This document shows, piece by piece, positions 8,596 to 18,087 of a stretch of DNA of 64,000 bases. A program made the translations under genes and the position numbers. Numbering within the stretch: the stretch's first letter is position 1; every line of letters begins with the position of its first letter. The notes beneath the pieces are model-generated. The model was given only the letters and a program-made list of their open reading frames with translations. It did not search any database and was not told where the DNA came from. This stretch comes from Phycisphaerales bacterium (GTDB taxonomy: Bacteria > Planctomycetota > Phycisphaerae > Phycisphaerales > UBA1924), in assembly GCA_046350475.1 (NCBI GenBank), contig JAXMAJ010000001.1:1675911-1739910 (forward strand), written 5' to 3'.

Positions 8596-10875
8596 ATGCC
8601 TCCAGAACAGATGCCCGGCTCTTCCATTCCCAGTGCTCCAGGCCGGTTTTCGCTGCCAAAGTTCCCCGGCGTGTTTGCGGTGCTGGTGCTGGTGAGTGCG
8701 CTGGCATGGACGGCCGCGGCCTGCGGCAACCCGGTGGGGGGCGTGCTCGCACTGGTGTTCAAGGTTGTGACGAGCGGGTGGATGCCCGCGGTGTACCTGA
8801 TGGCTTCGCTCGGCTTGGGCGTCACCCTGCACAGGCGGCTGTTGCCGGCGGTGGCATCTCGGACGCTCGCCTTGTGCACCGGTCTGGCGTGCATGCTCAC
8901 CCTGAGCCACCTGTTGGGCTGGGCTGGGTTGTTCGGCGGGAGGTGGGGGTCCTTCGTGGCCTGGTTGCCGGTTGTGGCCGGGTGCGTGCTGGTGGTCAGG
9001 CCGTTGTCCGCGTGGTGGGAAGAGGCCAAAGTGGCGCCGACGCCCAGCCGCTGGTGGCTGGTGGTTGCGCCTGCCCTGGGCCTCATGCTGGCGGCGGCGT
9101 GCTCGACGCCCGGATGGCTCTGGGCCAGTGAGTTTGGCGGCTTTGATGCGTTGTCGTACCACCTGGAACTGCCGCAGGAGTGGATGGCGATGGGGCGGGT
9201 TGTGCCGTTGCACCACAACGTTTACTCGTACCTGCCGTCGTACCTGGAGACGGCGTTCCTGCACAGTTCTCTGCTTTCGTTCCCTCCCCGAGAGGGCACG
9301 GAGGCGGCGTGGGGGGTGGGGCTGGTCGGGAGGGAAGGGCAGGGGTTGATCGCTGCGCAGCTGCTGCATGCGTCGCTGGGGGCGATGGCGGCGCTCGCGT
9401 GCGGGAGGGCGGTTGCCCGCCTGGCGACGCGCGTGCTTGGCGAGGGGTCGGTGCGGGTGGATGACGCGCGTCTCGCGGCGAGCGTTGCGGGGGCCATGAC
9501 TGCGGGGCTGGTGGCTTGGACACCATGGACGGTTGTCACGGGTACGCTCGCCTACAACGAGATGGCCGTGTTGCTGATGGCGGGCGGGGTCGTCATGGCG
9601 GTGGTGGCGCCGATGTCGCACACGGCCCGGTGGTGCCTGTGCGCGTTGTTTGTGGGGGCGGCGTGCGGGGCAAAGCTCACGGCGGTGCTGTTCCTGGGAG
9701 TGCCCGCGTGCCTGGCACTGCTGGCAGTCACTCCTCTTCGGCAGGTGTGGAAGCCGGCGTTGCTGGGGTTGGTGGTGGGGCTGCTGATGCTCGCACCGTG
9801 GATGGTGAGGAACGCGGTTGACTCGGGCAACCCCGTGTTCCCGTTCGCCGCGGGGTTGTTCAAGAACGCCGAGGGCGGGACGGGGCACTGGTCTGCGGAG
9901 CAGGTGGCGCGGTTTGCATCCTCGCACCGGTTCTCCGGCTCGGTGTGGGAGCGATTGCAGATGGCGGTGCTGGCTTCGCCTGACCCCGGCAACCCGAAGG
10001 TGGAGGTGAAGCGGGGCATGACCAACGAGCAGTGGGGCTGGTTCTTCTACATGGTTCCGCTGGCGGTGCTGGGGCTCCTTCCCCGGTGGCAGGGTCTGCC
10101 GCGGGGCGCGCGTGCGGGGGTTGTGCTGCTGCTGGGTGCGGTGGTGGTGCAGCTGGGGCTGTGGCTGTTTACCACGCACATCCAGGCGAGGTTTCTGCTG
10201 CCCGTGCTGCCTGCGGCGGCGGTGCTGGTGGGGCTTTCGATTGCGCTTGTGGAGGCGCACAACCTCCGTGGCGGGGCGGTGATCATGCTGGTGGGCGCGC
10301 AGGCGTTCTTCTCGTACAACACGCTGGCGGCGCAGAACCGGACTTCCAAGGGCGGTTCGATCCCGCTGTATGGCGTCACGATGGGAGCATCGGAGCGGAC
10401 CGGGGAGGTCTTCGCGAGGGGAACTCCGGCGCTCCTGGAGACGCTATCGCCTGAGCAGTGGACAAACCTCTCCCTCAAGGCAGGCACGCGCCTGCTGCTG
10501 GTGGGGGATGCTGCGCCGCTCTACTTCCGCAACCCGGCGGCGTACGCGACCACGTGGGATGTGAACCCGATGGTGCGCGCGCTTGCGTCCGCGCCGGGGA
10601 ACCCGGATGGTGTTTCGGAGTACCTCCGGGCGCAGGGGTACGACTTCGTGCTGCTAAACCTGGGCGAGGTTGCCCGGTACGACCGTTCGAAGTTCCTTGA
10701 CCCCCGGCTGCTGCCCGGCAACATGAAGGACTGGATCGAGAAGTCGACGGCCGCGGCGCACGTCTGGAACAACGGCTCCAGTCTCCTGCTTCGGCCGCTG
10801 CTGCCGGCGGAGCGGGACGCCATGCGCGCGAAGCCGGGAGAGGCGCCGGCTGCGCAGCCCCCGGGTGACCACTAA
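8596..10875 (+). CDS. Large polytopic membrane protein with a C-terminal soluble domain, function unknown (possibly a glycosyl/lipid transferase of the ArnT/PMT type)
   Basis: At least ten hydrophobic segments are followed by a roughly 200-aa hydrophilic C-terminus. ATG 8596 was chosen because the upstream part of track ORF 8386.. overlaps the Fur-like gene. The functional guess rests on architecture only. Confidence 0.55.
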   Translation: MPPEQMPGSSIPSAPGRFSLPKFPGVFAVLVLVSALAWTAAACGNPVGGVLALVFKVVTSGWMPAVYLMASLGLGVTLHRRLLPAVASRTLALCTGLACMLTLSHLLGWAGLFGGRWGSFVAWLPVVAGCVLVVRPLSAWWEEAKVAPTPSRWWLVVAPALGLMLAAACSTPGWLWASEFGGFDALSYHLELPQEWMAMGRVVPLHHNVYSYLPSYLETAFLHSSLLSFPPREGTEAAWGVGLVGREGQGLIAAQLLHASLGAMAALACGRAVARLATRVLGEGSVRVDDARLAASVAGAMTAGLVAWTPWTVVTGTLAYNEMAVLLMAGGVVMAVVAPMSHTARWCLCALFVGAACGAKLTAVLFLGVPACLALLAVTPLRQVWKPALLGLVVGLLMLAPWMVRNAVDSGNPVFPFAAGLFKNAEGGTGHWSAEQVARFASSHRFSGSVWERLQMAVLASPDPGNPKVEVKRGMTNEQWGWFFYMVPLAVLGLLPRWQGLPRGARAGVVLLLGAVVVQLGLWLFTTHIQARFLLPVLPAAAVLVGLSIALVEAHNLRGGAVIMLVGAQAFFSYNTLAAQNRTSKGGSIPLYGVTMGASERTGEVFARGTPALLETLSPEQWTNLSLKAGTRLLLVGDAAPLYFRNPAAYATTWDVNPMVRALASAPGNPDGVSEYLRAQGYDFVLLNLGEVARYDRSKFLDPRLLPGNMKDWIEKSTAAAHVWNNGSSLLLRPLLPAERDAMRAKPGEAPAAQPPGDH

Positions 10876-10885
10876 ACTCCGGGCG

Positions 10886-12631
10886 ATGCGCGTCTTCCTC
10901 GCGACCTTCAACCCGACCGTCGGCGACATCTGGGGCAACACCGGCAGGATGTCCCCGCTGCTGGACAGTGCGCGCCGGGCGGGGGCTGAACTGGTGCTGT
11001 TCCCGGAGCTTTCGGTCTCGGGGTACCCGCCGCGGGACCTGCTGACGCACGAGGGGTTTGTCCCGGCGTGCGTTGCGGCGGCGCAGGCGCTGGGGGAGCG
11101 GGCGACGGCGGGCTTGACCTGTGTTTTCGGCTGCCCGTTGCCGGTGGACCGGTCGGACCCGCGTGCGGGCACGACCAACTCGCTGCTGGTGTACCGCGAC
11201 AACGCGTTCGTCGCTTCGTACGACAAGCGGCTGCTCCCCACCTACGACGTGTTCGACGAGGATCGGTACTTCGAGCCGGGCTCGCGCGCGGTGGTGATCG
11301 ACGTGCCGACATCGCACGGCGTGGTCCGCGCGGGGCTCACCATCTGCGAGGACCTGTGGAAGGGGAAGGACGCGGGGTTTTCTTCCCGGTACCGTGGTGC
11401 TCCCGACCCCGTGTGTGAGCTGATCGCGGCCGGGGCGCAGTGCGTCCTTTCCGCGTCGGCCAGCCCCTTTGTCGTGGGGAAGGGCGAGCGGCACGTGGAC
11501 ATCCTGGCTGCGCACGCGCGGGCGCACGGGGTGCCGGTGTGTTCGGTGAACCAGCTGGGCGGCAACGACGACCTTGTCTTCGACGGTCACCGCTACGTGC
11601 TGGGGCCGGGTGGCGAGATGATGGCGAGCGGCGGGCTCTTTGAGGACGGGGCGCTGCTGGTCGAGCTTGCGCCTTCGGTGTCCGGCGGGCTCGGGGTGGT
11701 TCCGCAGCAGGTTGCTCAGCGGGCAGAGGACGCCGGGCAGCTGTTCCACGCGCTGCGGCTGGGCGTGCAGGACTACCTCCGCAAGACCGGGTTCCGGTCG
11801 GCCCTGCTGGGGCTGTCGGGCGGCATCGATTCCGCCCTGACGGCGGTGATCGGCGTGGCCGCGGTCGGGCGGGAGCAGGTGCTGGGGGTTTCGATGCCCG
11901 GGCCGTACTCCAGCGATCACAGCGTGGGTGATGCGAGGGAGCTTGCGTCCGCGCTGGGCATGCGGTGCATCGATGCGCCGATCGCGGCGGCGATGGAGGG
12001 CTTCCGGGGGGCTGTGGGCCCGGTGTTCCGCGGCATGGCGGTGCCAGCGCTGGGGGAGCGGCTCCCGGATGTCACGGAGGAGAATCTGCAGTCGCGCATC
12101 CGCGGCACGCTGCTCATGACGATTTCCAATCGTACCGGGGCGATCGTGCTGACCACGGGCAACAAGAGCGAGTCTGCGGTGGGGTACGCCACGCTGTACG
12201 GGGACATGAACGGCGGGCTGGCGGTGCTGAGCGACGTCAACAAGCAGTGGATCTACGCCCTGTCACGCTTTATCAACGCGCACTACCGCTCGCTGCCGGG
12301 CCTTGGGCACTGCACGCGTCCGCCCATCCCCGAGCGGTCCATCACGAAGCCGCCCAGCGCGGAGCTGCGGCCCAACCAGACGGACCAGGACTCGCTGCCG
12401 CCGTACGACGTCCTGGACTCCATCATCGACCTGTACGTCGAGCACAAGCACGGCGTCGGGCACATCGCGGAGGAGACGGGGTTCGATCGGGACCTGGTGG
12501 CCAAGATCGCGAGGATGATCGACCTGGCGGAGTACAAGCGGCAGCAGGCGGCGGTGGGGCTCAAGGTGACGTCCGTGGCGTTCGGTGCGGGGCGGCGGTA
12601 CCCGGTCGCGCAGGGCTGGCGTTCGGTCTGA
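10886..12631 (+). CDS. nadE: Glutamine-dependent NAD+ synthetase
   Basis: An N-terminal CN-hydrolase domain (LFPELSVSGYPP, ICEDLW) is joined to a C-terminal NAD synthetase PP-loop (GLSGGIDSAL). Confidence 0.9.
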   Translation: MRVFLATFNPTVGDIWGNTGRMSPLLDSARRAGAELVLFPELSVSGYPPRDLLTHEGFVPACVAAAQALGERATAGLTCVFGCPLPVDRSDPRAGTTNSLLVYRDNAFVASYDKRLLPTYDVFDEDRYFEPGSRAVVIDVPTSHGVVRAGLTICEDLWKGKDAGFSSRYRGAPDPVCELIAAGAQCVLSASASPFVVGKGERHVDILAAHARAHGVPVCSVNQLGGNDDLVFDGHRYVLGPGGEMMASGGLFEDGALLVELAPSVSGGLGVVPQQVAQRAEDAGQLFHALRLGVQDYLRKTGFRSALLGLSGGIDSALTAVIGVAAVGREQVLGVSMPGPYSSDHSVGDARELASALGMRCIDAPIAAAMEGFRGAVGPVFRGMAVPALGERLPDVTEENLQSRIRGTLLMTISNRTGAIVLTTGNKSESAVGYATLYGDMNGGLAVLSDVNKQWIYALSRFINAHYRSLPGLGHCTRPPIPERSITKPPSAELRPNQTDQDSLPPYDVLDSIIDLYVEHKHGVGHIAEETGFDRDLVAKIARMIDLAEYKRQQAAVGLKVTSVAFGAGRRYPVAQGWRSV

Positions 12632-12649
12632 CGGCTACCTTCTCCCGCC

Positions 12650-13507
12650 ATGCCGGCCGCGAGCGTCATCCTCTCCACCCACAACAGCGTGCGGTCGCTG
12701 GAGTACGTGCTCCACGGGTACGCGTGCCAGGACGTGCGTGACTTCGAGGTTGTCATCGCGGATGACGGGTCGCGTGCGGAAACACGGGGGCTTGTCTCCC
12801 GGCTGCGGGCGGAACTTCGGCTGACCGTCACGCACGTCTGGCAGGCTCACCGCGGGTATTACGGGAAGATGGCGGTCATGAACCGCGCGCTGGTGGCGGC
12901 CAGCGCGGAGTACATCATCGCGGCGGACGGGGACGTCATCCCCCGGCACGACTTCGTGCGTACGCACCTGGACCTGCGGCGGCCCGGCTGTTTCCTGGGG
13001 GGGGGAGACTTCCGGATGTCCGATGCTGCGACCAGGGCGCTCACGCTGGACGACGTGCGGACTGGGCGTGCGTTCAGCTACCGGTACCTGCTCTCGATCG
13101 GGCAGACGCCGACGCGCCGGCGGATCAAGTTGTGGAAACGGTCCGTTGTGACGGGGTGCATGGACGCAGTCAATGTGTCCAGGGCGCGGTTCACGGGGAG
13201 CAACGCCAGTGCATGGAGGGCTGACCTGCTTCGGGTGGGTGGGTGGGACGAGTCGTTCCGGTCTCCGGGCAAGGACGACACGGACGTGGGCGTGAGGCTG
13301 AACAACGTGGGGGTAAAGGGGCGGCACAGTCGCTACAACACCATCTGCCTCCACATGGAGCACGGGCAGGGCAACTACAACGCGGAGGGCAAGCGACGGA
13401 ACTTGGAACTGCTGGATGAGACTCGTCGGAAGCGGCTGACGCGGGCCCGCGTGGGGGTGGAGGCGATCGTGGCGGGCGACCACACAGTGGACCGGGGTCC
13501 GGGCTGA
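12650..13507 (+). CDS. Family 2 glycosyltransferase
   Basis: SVILSTHNSVRSLEYVL...FEVVIADDGS and AADGDVIP are GT-A/GT2 motifs. Confidence 0.85.
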   Translation: MPAASVILSTHNSVRSLEYVLHGYACQDVRDFEVVIADDGSRAETRGLVSRLRAELRLTVTHVWQAHRGYYGKMAVMNRALVAASAEYIIAADGDVIPRHDFVRTHLDLRRPGCFLGGGDFRMSDAATRALTLDDVRTGRAFSYRYLLSIGQTPTRRRIKLWKRSVVTGCMDAVNVSRARFTGSNASAWRADLLRVGGWDESFRSPGKDDTDVGVRLNNVGVKGRHSRYNTICLHMEHGQGNYNAEGKRRNLELLDETRRKRLTRARVGVEAIVAGDHTVDRGPG

Positions 13508-13511
13508 ACGC

Positions 13512-13967
13512 TCAGCGGTCCACGAGGCCCACGCGGGTGATGCCCAGTTCCTGGCAGGCGGCGTGGAGGCGGACGACGTCCTCGTAGGGCACATCGGCGT
13601 CCGGGCGGATAAGCATGACGACCTCGTCGGCGGGGCGGTCCTGCATGGCGGGGCGGAGTGCCTTGAGGGCTACTTCCAGGCTGACGGGCGCGTCGTCGTT
13701 GAACTGCACACTGGTGGTGTCGCCCTCCCGGGTGATGTGCGCCGCGAGTCGGAGGGGCTGTGAGCCGGGGCGCTGGGTGCTTGCGGTGTCGGGCTTGGGC
13801 AGGTTCGTGCGGACGAACCATTCTGGCCCGAGCACGACTGCGCTGGCCATGAAGAAGATGAGGATCACCATGACCACGTCCACCATGGGAGTCATGTTGG
13901 GCCCATAGTGCATGGCGTACAGCGACTGAGCGTTGCGGCGCCGGTAGACGTGGCGGGGTGCGCTCAC
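13512..13967 (-). CDS. exbD: ExbD/TolR family biopolymer transport protein
   Basis: N-terminal MTPMVDVVMVILIFFM single TM plus a periplasmic domain. It lies in an operon with a second exbD and exbB. Confidence 0.85.
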   Translation of the reverse strand: MSAPRHVYRRRNAQSLYAMHYGPNMTPMVDVVMVILIFFMASAVVLGPEWFVRTNLPKPDTASTQRPGSQPLRLAAHITREGDTTSVQFNDDAPVSLEVALKALRPAMQDRPADEVVMLIRPDADVPYEDVVRLHAACQELGITRVGLVDR

Positions 13968-14416
13968 TGGCCGCCTCCGGCCCCGCGGGTACTCACGAGT
14001 TCAAGGTTGGTGAGGCCGGCTTCACGGCAGGCCTGCACGATGGGGGCAAGGTCGCCGTACGAGAGCGAGCGGTCGGCCCGCAGTTGCACGGGGATGGCCG
14101 GGGCGGTGCCCGCGGCGAGTTCCGGCATGCGTGCGGTGAGCGTGTCCTTCACGGCGGACAACGGGGTGGGGCGTCCGTCGATCAGGATATTGACGGGGGA
14201 GATGGGGTCGGCGGCGGGCGAGACCGCGATCACAACGCCGCTGGCCTGGGCGGTTTCACCGCTTGCGGTCTGGGGCAGCTGGACGCGGCCCTGGGTCTGG
14301 GTCGCGAGGCGGCCGACGATCAGGTAGAAGACGATCAGCACCATCACCACGTCGATGAGCGGGGTGACGTTGATCTTGCCTGTCGGGGCGTCGTGCTGGA
14401 AGGGTCGGAATCGCAC
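13964..14416 (-). CDS. exbD: ExbD/TolR family biopolymer transport protein
   Basis: INVTPLIDVVMVLIVFYLIV motif. Overlaps the downstream exbD by 4 nt. Confidence 0.85.
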   Translation of the reverse strand: MRFRPFQHDAPTGKINVTPLIDVVMVLIVFYLIVGRLATQTQGRVQLPQTASGETAQASGVVIAVSPAADPISPVNILIDGRPTPLSAVKDTLTARMPELAAGTAPAIPVQLRADRSLSYGDLAPIVQACREAGLTNLELVSTRGAGGGQ

Positions 14417-14438
14417 GGGGGAGATCGTCGGGTAACCG

Positions 14439-15203
14439 TCAGAGCGTGGCGTGCTGCGGGCGGGCCGCGTCGAGCGTGGTGGTGGCGGCCGGGGCTGCGG
14501 GCGGCGGTGCGGCGGGGAGTTTCTCGACGATGTCGCTGGCGATGACGATCGCCCGGGTGCACAGGCGGTCGATGCGGGCCCGGAACATCGAGTAGGTGAG
14601 CAGGCAGGGGATGGCCAGGCAGAGGCCCAGGAGGGTGTGGAAGAGGGCCTTGCTGATGCCCATGGACAGGTCGGCCGGGCCGGCCGTGCCCCCGCTGGCG
14701 CCGAGCGATGTGAACGCCAGGATCATGCCCCAGACGGTCCCGGCGAGGCCGACGAGGGGGCCGAGGTTTCCGATGACGTTCAGCATGTCGATCTTGCGGA
14801 ACCAGCGGGCGGACTCCTCGCTCGCCGCCAGTTCGGCGGCTTCGCGGAGGGTGGTGCGGTCTGCGCCGGGGTAGGCGAGGGATGCGCGGACGATGCGGGA
14901 GACGAAGGAGTCGTCGCGCTGCGTGATGTCGCGGAGTTCATCCACACGCCCGGCGGTGGCCATGTTGGTCATGCGGGCGCAGAGGTCCGCGGGCGCGATG
15001 TTGCCTTCCCGCACCTCGAGGAGGCAGAGGAAGATGAGCGTGACGCCGGTGAGCGATCCGGCGATAAGCAGCACGGTGAATGCGTCGAAGGACTGCCGGA
15101 AGAGCGCCCACAGGTCGCCGCTGGGGAGGGCGTTGGTGAGGCCGGCGGGTCCGGACGGGGCGGTGGCTTGTGCGATCAGGTGAAGAACATCGGGTGCGAA
15201 CAT
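14439..15203 (-). CDS. exbB: MotA/TolQ/ExbB proton channel protein
   Basis: Three TM segments. The C-terminal half GNLGPLVGLAGTVWGMILAF...GISKALFHTLLGL is typical of ExbB/TolQ. Confidence 0.85.
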   Translation of the reverse strand: MFAPDVLHLIAQATAPSGPAGLTNALPSGDLWALFRQSFDAFTVLLIAGSLTGVTLIFLCLLEVREGNIAPADLCARMTNMATAGRVDELRDITQRDDSFVSRIVRASLAYPGADRTTLREAAELAASEESARWFRKIDMLNVIGNLGPLVGLAGTVWGMILAFTSLGASGGTAGPADLSMGISKALFHTLLGLCLAIPCLLTYSMFRARIDRLCTRAIVIASDIVEKLPAAPPPAAPAATTTLDAARPQHATL

Positions 15204-15260
15204 GGGGCGAGTTTACGCGGATGGTGCGGGCGGGGCGGGCGCGGGTGTGCGGGCCGCTGC

Positions 15261-15842
15261 TCATGCCTTTGCGAGGAGGGCCAGCCATTCCGCGTTTCCC
15301 CTGGCCTTGGCCCCGCCGAGGATGGGTGAGCGCGTGAGGCCTTCCACACGCACCCCGCACGCGGGCAGCGAGTCGACAGTCTGCTGGGTCACCTGTTCGG
15401 CAACGGCGTCGGCGAGGATGCCCTTGGGCGGCAGGTCCCTGCCCCGGTCCTTGAGTTCGTAGTGGGGTTTTATCAGCGTGATCATCCGCCCGTCTGCCCT
15501 GAGCCAGCGAAGGGCCGCCGGCACGAGCAGGCGCTGCGGAGTCCAGCCTGCGTCGGCGACGACCAGGTCAACGGGTTCGGGTGGGTGTGCGTGCAGACAG
15601 TTGGTCCGTTCGGTGACGACCACGCGGGGGTCGTTGCGGAGCTTCCACGCGAGTTCGCCGTAGGCGGTGTCGACCGCGTACACCCTGGCAGCGCCCGCCT
15701 GGAGCAGGCAGTCGGTAAACCCGCCGGTGCTGCACCCGAAGTCGGCGCACGTCAGGCCTTGGACGCTCAGGGCGAACTTGTCCAGCGCGTGGCGGAGCTT
15801 CAGGCCGCCGCGCGAGACGAAGGTGGGCGAGGGGTCGGGCAC
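15261..15842 (-). CDS. TlyA-like FtsJ-type rRNA 2'-O-methyltransferase, apparently lacking the N-terminal S4 domain
   Basis: FVSRGGLKLRHALDKF...CADFGCSTGGFTDCLLQAGAARVYAVD (SAM motif I). GTG at 15842 is the first start downstream of the rhodanese stop. The upstream part of track ORF 15261..16142 overlaps the rhodanese gene. Confidence 0.65.
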   Translation of the reverse strand: MPDPSPTFVSRGGLKLRHALDKFALSVQGLTCADFGCSTGGFTDCLLQAGAARVYAVDTAYGELAWKLRNDPRVVVTERTNCLHAHPPEPVDLVVADAGWTPQRLLVPAALRWLRADGRMITLIKPHYELKDRGRDLPPKGILADAVAEQVTQQTVDSLPACGVRVEGLTRSPILGGAKARGNAEWLALLAKA

Positions 15843-15871
15843 GGTGGATTGTTGCCGGCGGTCGGGCGGCG

Positions 15872-16282
15872 CTACGCGATGGGGCGGCAGATTCCCGCGG
15901 CCCTCTCGTAGCGGGGCAGTGCCGGTTCTGCGGCGAGCGACCAGAGATCGATGCCGCCCGCCACGCTCACGACATTCCCGTGTCCCAGGGACCGAAGGGC
16001 GAGCGCGGCCCGCATCGACCGCACACCGTGGTGGCACAGGCACGCGATCGTCTGACCGGCTGCGGCTTCCACCTCGTCGTGGCGTGATTCCACGTCGTCC
16101 AGCGGGATGTGCACGCTCCCGGGCACGCGCACCAGGTCCCACTCGGGTTGCGTGCGGACGTCGATCAGCACGAGTTTCCCGGCGGCCAAGCGGGCTGCCG
16201 CTTCGCGCGGGGTGATCTCGTACTGGGGCTTGAGCTGGTAGCCGATGGGGAGTCCCTGTTCGCTCAGCACGGGTGGGGGCAT
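15872..16282 (-). CDS. Rhodanese-like sulfurtransferase domain protein
   Basis: LIDVRTQPEWDLVRVPGSVHIP...CLCHHGVRS (active-site Cys loop)...GGIDLWS. Confidence 0.85.
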   Translation of the reverse strand: MPPPVLSEQGLPIGYQLKPQYEITPREAAARLAAGKLVLIDVRTQPEWDLVRVPGSVHIPLDDVESRHDEVEAAAGQTIACLCHHGVRSMRAALALRSLGHGNVVSVAGGIDLWSLAAEPALPRYERAAGICRPIA

Positions 16283-16316
16283 GTGTCTTGGGTCCGGGGG
16301 AAGTTGCGTGCGGTGC

Positions 16317-16898
16317 TCAGCGGGGCGCTGCGGCGGGGTCTTGTGCCTGCTGCGCCGCGGTGGCTGCTGCGCGTTGTTCGGCGGTGAACCGCATGGTGCT
16401 GACGGGGGCGCGCCAGTGTTCCTCGGGTGTGGCGCGGATCTCCTCGCAGGGGCGCACGAAGAAGAGCCTGGGGATGAGGACGACGCCCTCGTAGAGCGCG
16501 TAGGGGCCGGATACCAGGGCCTCCAGCGCCTGCTCGTTGCCCGTGTCGCCCGTCAGTTCGAGGGTGGACATGGGGGTTGGGAACTCCCCACGCTGCCGTG
16601 AGGTCGTCTCCGTCATGTGGTACGTGCGGGTGTATCTGCGGAGGGCGTAGGTGCCTTCGACGGGGACCTCGACGGTCTGGCGTGTCCAGGAGGCGCGGGA
16701 CAGGCCGGCGAGGGATGTGGCGTCGTCGCTGCGGGGCGTTTCCGCCCGCTGGCCTGCGCCGTGGATGTCCGAGAGCCGGACGGCGCTAGCGGCCCCGGGG
16801 GCACCGAGCGTCGTGCGGTCGTTCACCTCGCTGCGGCAGGCGGCGAGGGCGGTGCATGCCGTGGCGAGCAGGAGTCGTGTGGCGGAGCGGGTGTGCAT
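16317..16898 (-). CDS. Hypothetical lipoprotein
   Basis: ATG 16898 gives MHTRSATRLLLATACTALAAC, a signal peptide with a lipobox. No family was recognised. Confidence 0.5.
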   Translation of the reverse strand: MHTRSATRLLLATACTALAACRSEVNDRTTLGAPGAASAVRLSDIHGAGQRAETPRSDDATSLAGLSRASWTRQTVEVPVEGTYALRRYTRTYHMTETTSRQRGEFPTPMSTLELTGDTGNEQALEALVSGPYALYEGVVLIPRLFFVRPCEEIRATPEEHWRAPVSTMRFTAEQRAAATAAQQAQDPAAAPR

Positions 16899-16980
16899 AG
16901 GGGTGGTGGTCACGGTATCCGGTACGCCCGGCGGGGTCGGCCGGTTGCCGGCGGGGCTGGGCGCGCGGGCGGCCCGGGGA

Positions 16981-17691
16981 TTATTCCGGTTCGGCGCCCA
17001 GCAGGGCGCGGGTGGCGGCCCGTGCGGTGTCCTCGTCAAAGCCACGGCGGGCGAGGCCCGACATTACGCGACGCCACTTGGTTGACTTGGCGAGGCGGCC
17101 GTCGAGTTTTTCGACGAGCCTGGTCGCGGCTTCCCTGGCCTGCTTCTTGTCGCTCTTCACGGCGATGTCGGTGGGGGCGCCGGCGGCCTTCAGCTTGCCT
17201 TTGACCTTGGCGGACGCGGAGCCCTTCCTGGTTTCGGAGTGCGCGATGGCCTCTGCGGCACGGTCGTCGTTGACGACGCCCTCCTTCTTGAGGTCTTCAA
17301 CGACGCGGTGCGCGATGTCGTGGTTCACGCCCTTGCTCTTGAGCTTCGCCACGAGCTGCACCGAGGTGTGCTCCCTGGCGGCCATGAGCCGGATGCAGGT
17401 CTCACGCGACTCGTAGGTCATCCAGACCTGTTCGCAGGTCTTCGCGAGCATGCTGGACCAGGTTGCGCCCACCCGCAAGCCCAGGCGGTCCACCTCGATG
17501 AAGGGGACCCTCGCGACGACCTGACCGGCGACCTTGACAAAGGTCACGGTCGGGTTCTTGAGGTCCGGCGAGATGGCGCTGATCCGGCCGGCCGTGGTGA
17601 TATCACGGCTGGGCACGTTGTCCCCGAACAGGCTCGGGCGGACCTGCGGGCGGAGGGGAGGGACGTTGATGCCGGTGGAACCCCAGTTCAT
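16981..17691 (-). CDS. recX: RecX-like regulatory protein
   Basis: Repeated three-helix modules: TCIRLMAAREHTSVQLVAKLKSKGVNHDIAHRVVEDLKKEGVVNDDRAAE...RRVMSGLARRGFDEDTA. Confidence 0.65.
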   Translation of the reverse strand: MNWGSTGINVPPLRPQVRPSLFGDNVPSRDITTAGRISAISPDLKNPTVTFVKVAGQVVARVPFIEVDRLGLRVGATWSSMLAKTCEQVWMTYESRETCIRLMAAREHTSVQLVAKLKSKGVNHDIAHRVVEDLKKEGVVNDDRAAEAIAHSETRKGSASAKVKGKLKAAGAPTDIAVKSDKKQAREAATRLVEKLDGRLAKSTKWRRVMSGLARRGFDEDTARAATRALLGAEPE

Positions 17692-18017
17692 GCGAGTTCG
17701 TCCAATAAGGTGCTGAGTTCATCCGCGGCGTGCGCGTCCTGCGCCCGCGAGGCATTTTCCAGACCGGCCTTCACCGTGGCCAGTGCTTCCTGGGACTGGC
17801 CTGCCTGCTGCAGGGCCCGGGCCTTGTGGTAATAGGCGTACAGGTACATGGGGTCGGCGGCGAGGCAGCGGTCGTATAAACTGACGGCTTGGGCTGTGTC
17901 TCCGCGCTTGGCGTACTCCTGGGCGAGGCCGTACAAGACGAACGCATCCTGGGGGTCGTGCCGGAGGAGGGTCTCCAGTTGCGCAATGGACGGCATGCCC
18001 TTTATTGTAGAACCCAT
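17688..18017 (-). CDS. TPR repeat protein
   Basis: AFVLYGLAQEYAKRGDTAQAVSLYDRCLAADPMYLYAYYHKARALQQAGQSQEA is two to three TPR units. It overlaps recX by 4 nt. Confidence 0.7.
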   Translation of the reverse strand: MGSTIKGMPSIAQLETLLRHDPQDAFVLYGLAQEYAKRGDTAQAVSLYDRCLAADPMYLYAYYHKARALQQAGQSQEALATVKAGLENASRAQDAHAADELSTLLDELA

Positions 18018-18087
18018 ATCTCGTGCCCGCTGGGTGGTTTGTGGTCTGGTTGGGTGGGGGTAGGCTCCGGGCTATGCTGCGGGAGCG

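Noticed and set aside
6253-10260. 613-aa and 719-aa minus-strand ORFs (6253..8094, 8101..10260)
   Set aside because: They are antisense to the GltD-like gene and to the polytopic membrane protein. Their composition is extreme Arg/Pro/His, and no start context was found.
10475-11920. 481-aa minus-strand ORF opposite nadE
   Set aside because: It is an antisense shadow. nadE on the plus strand has both catalytic signatures.
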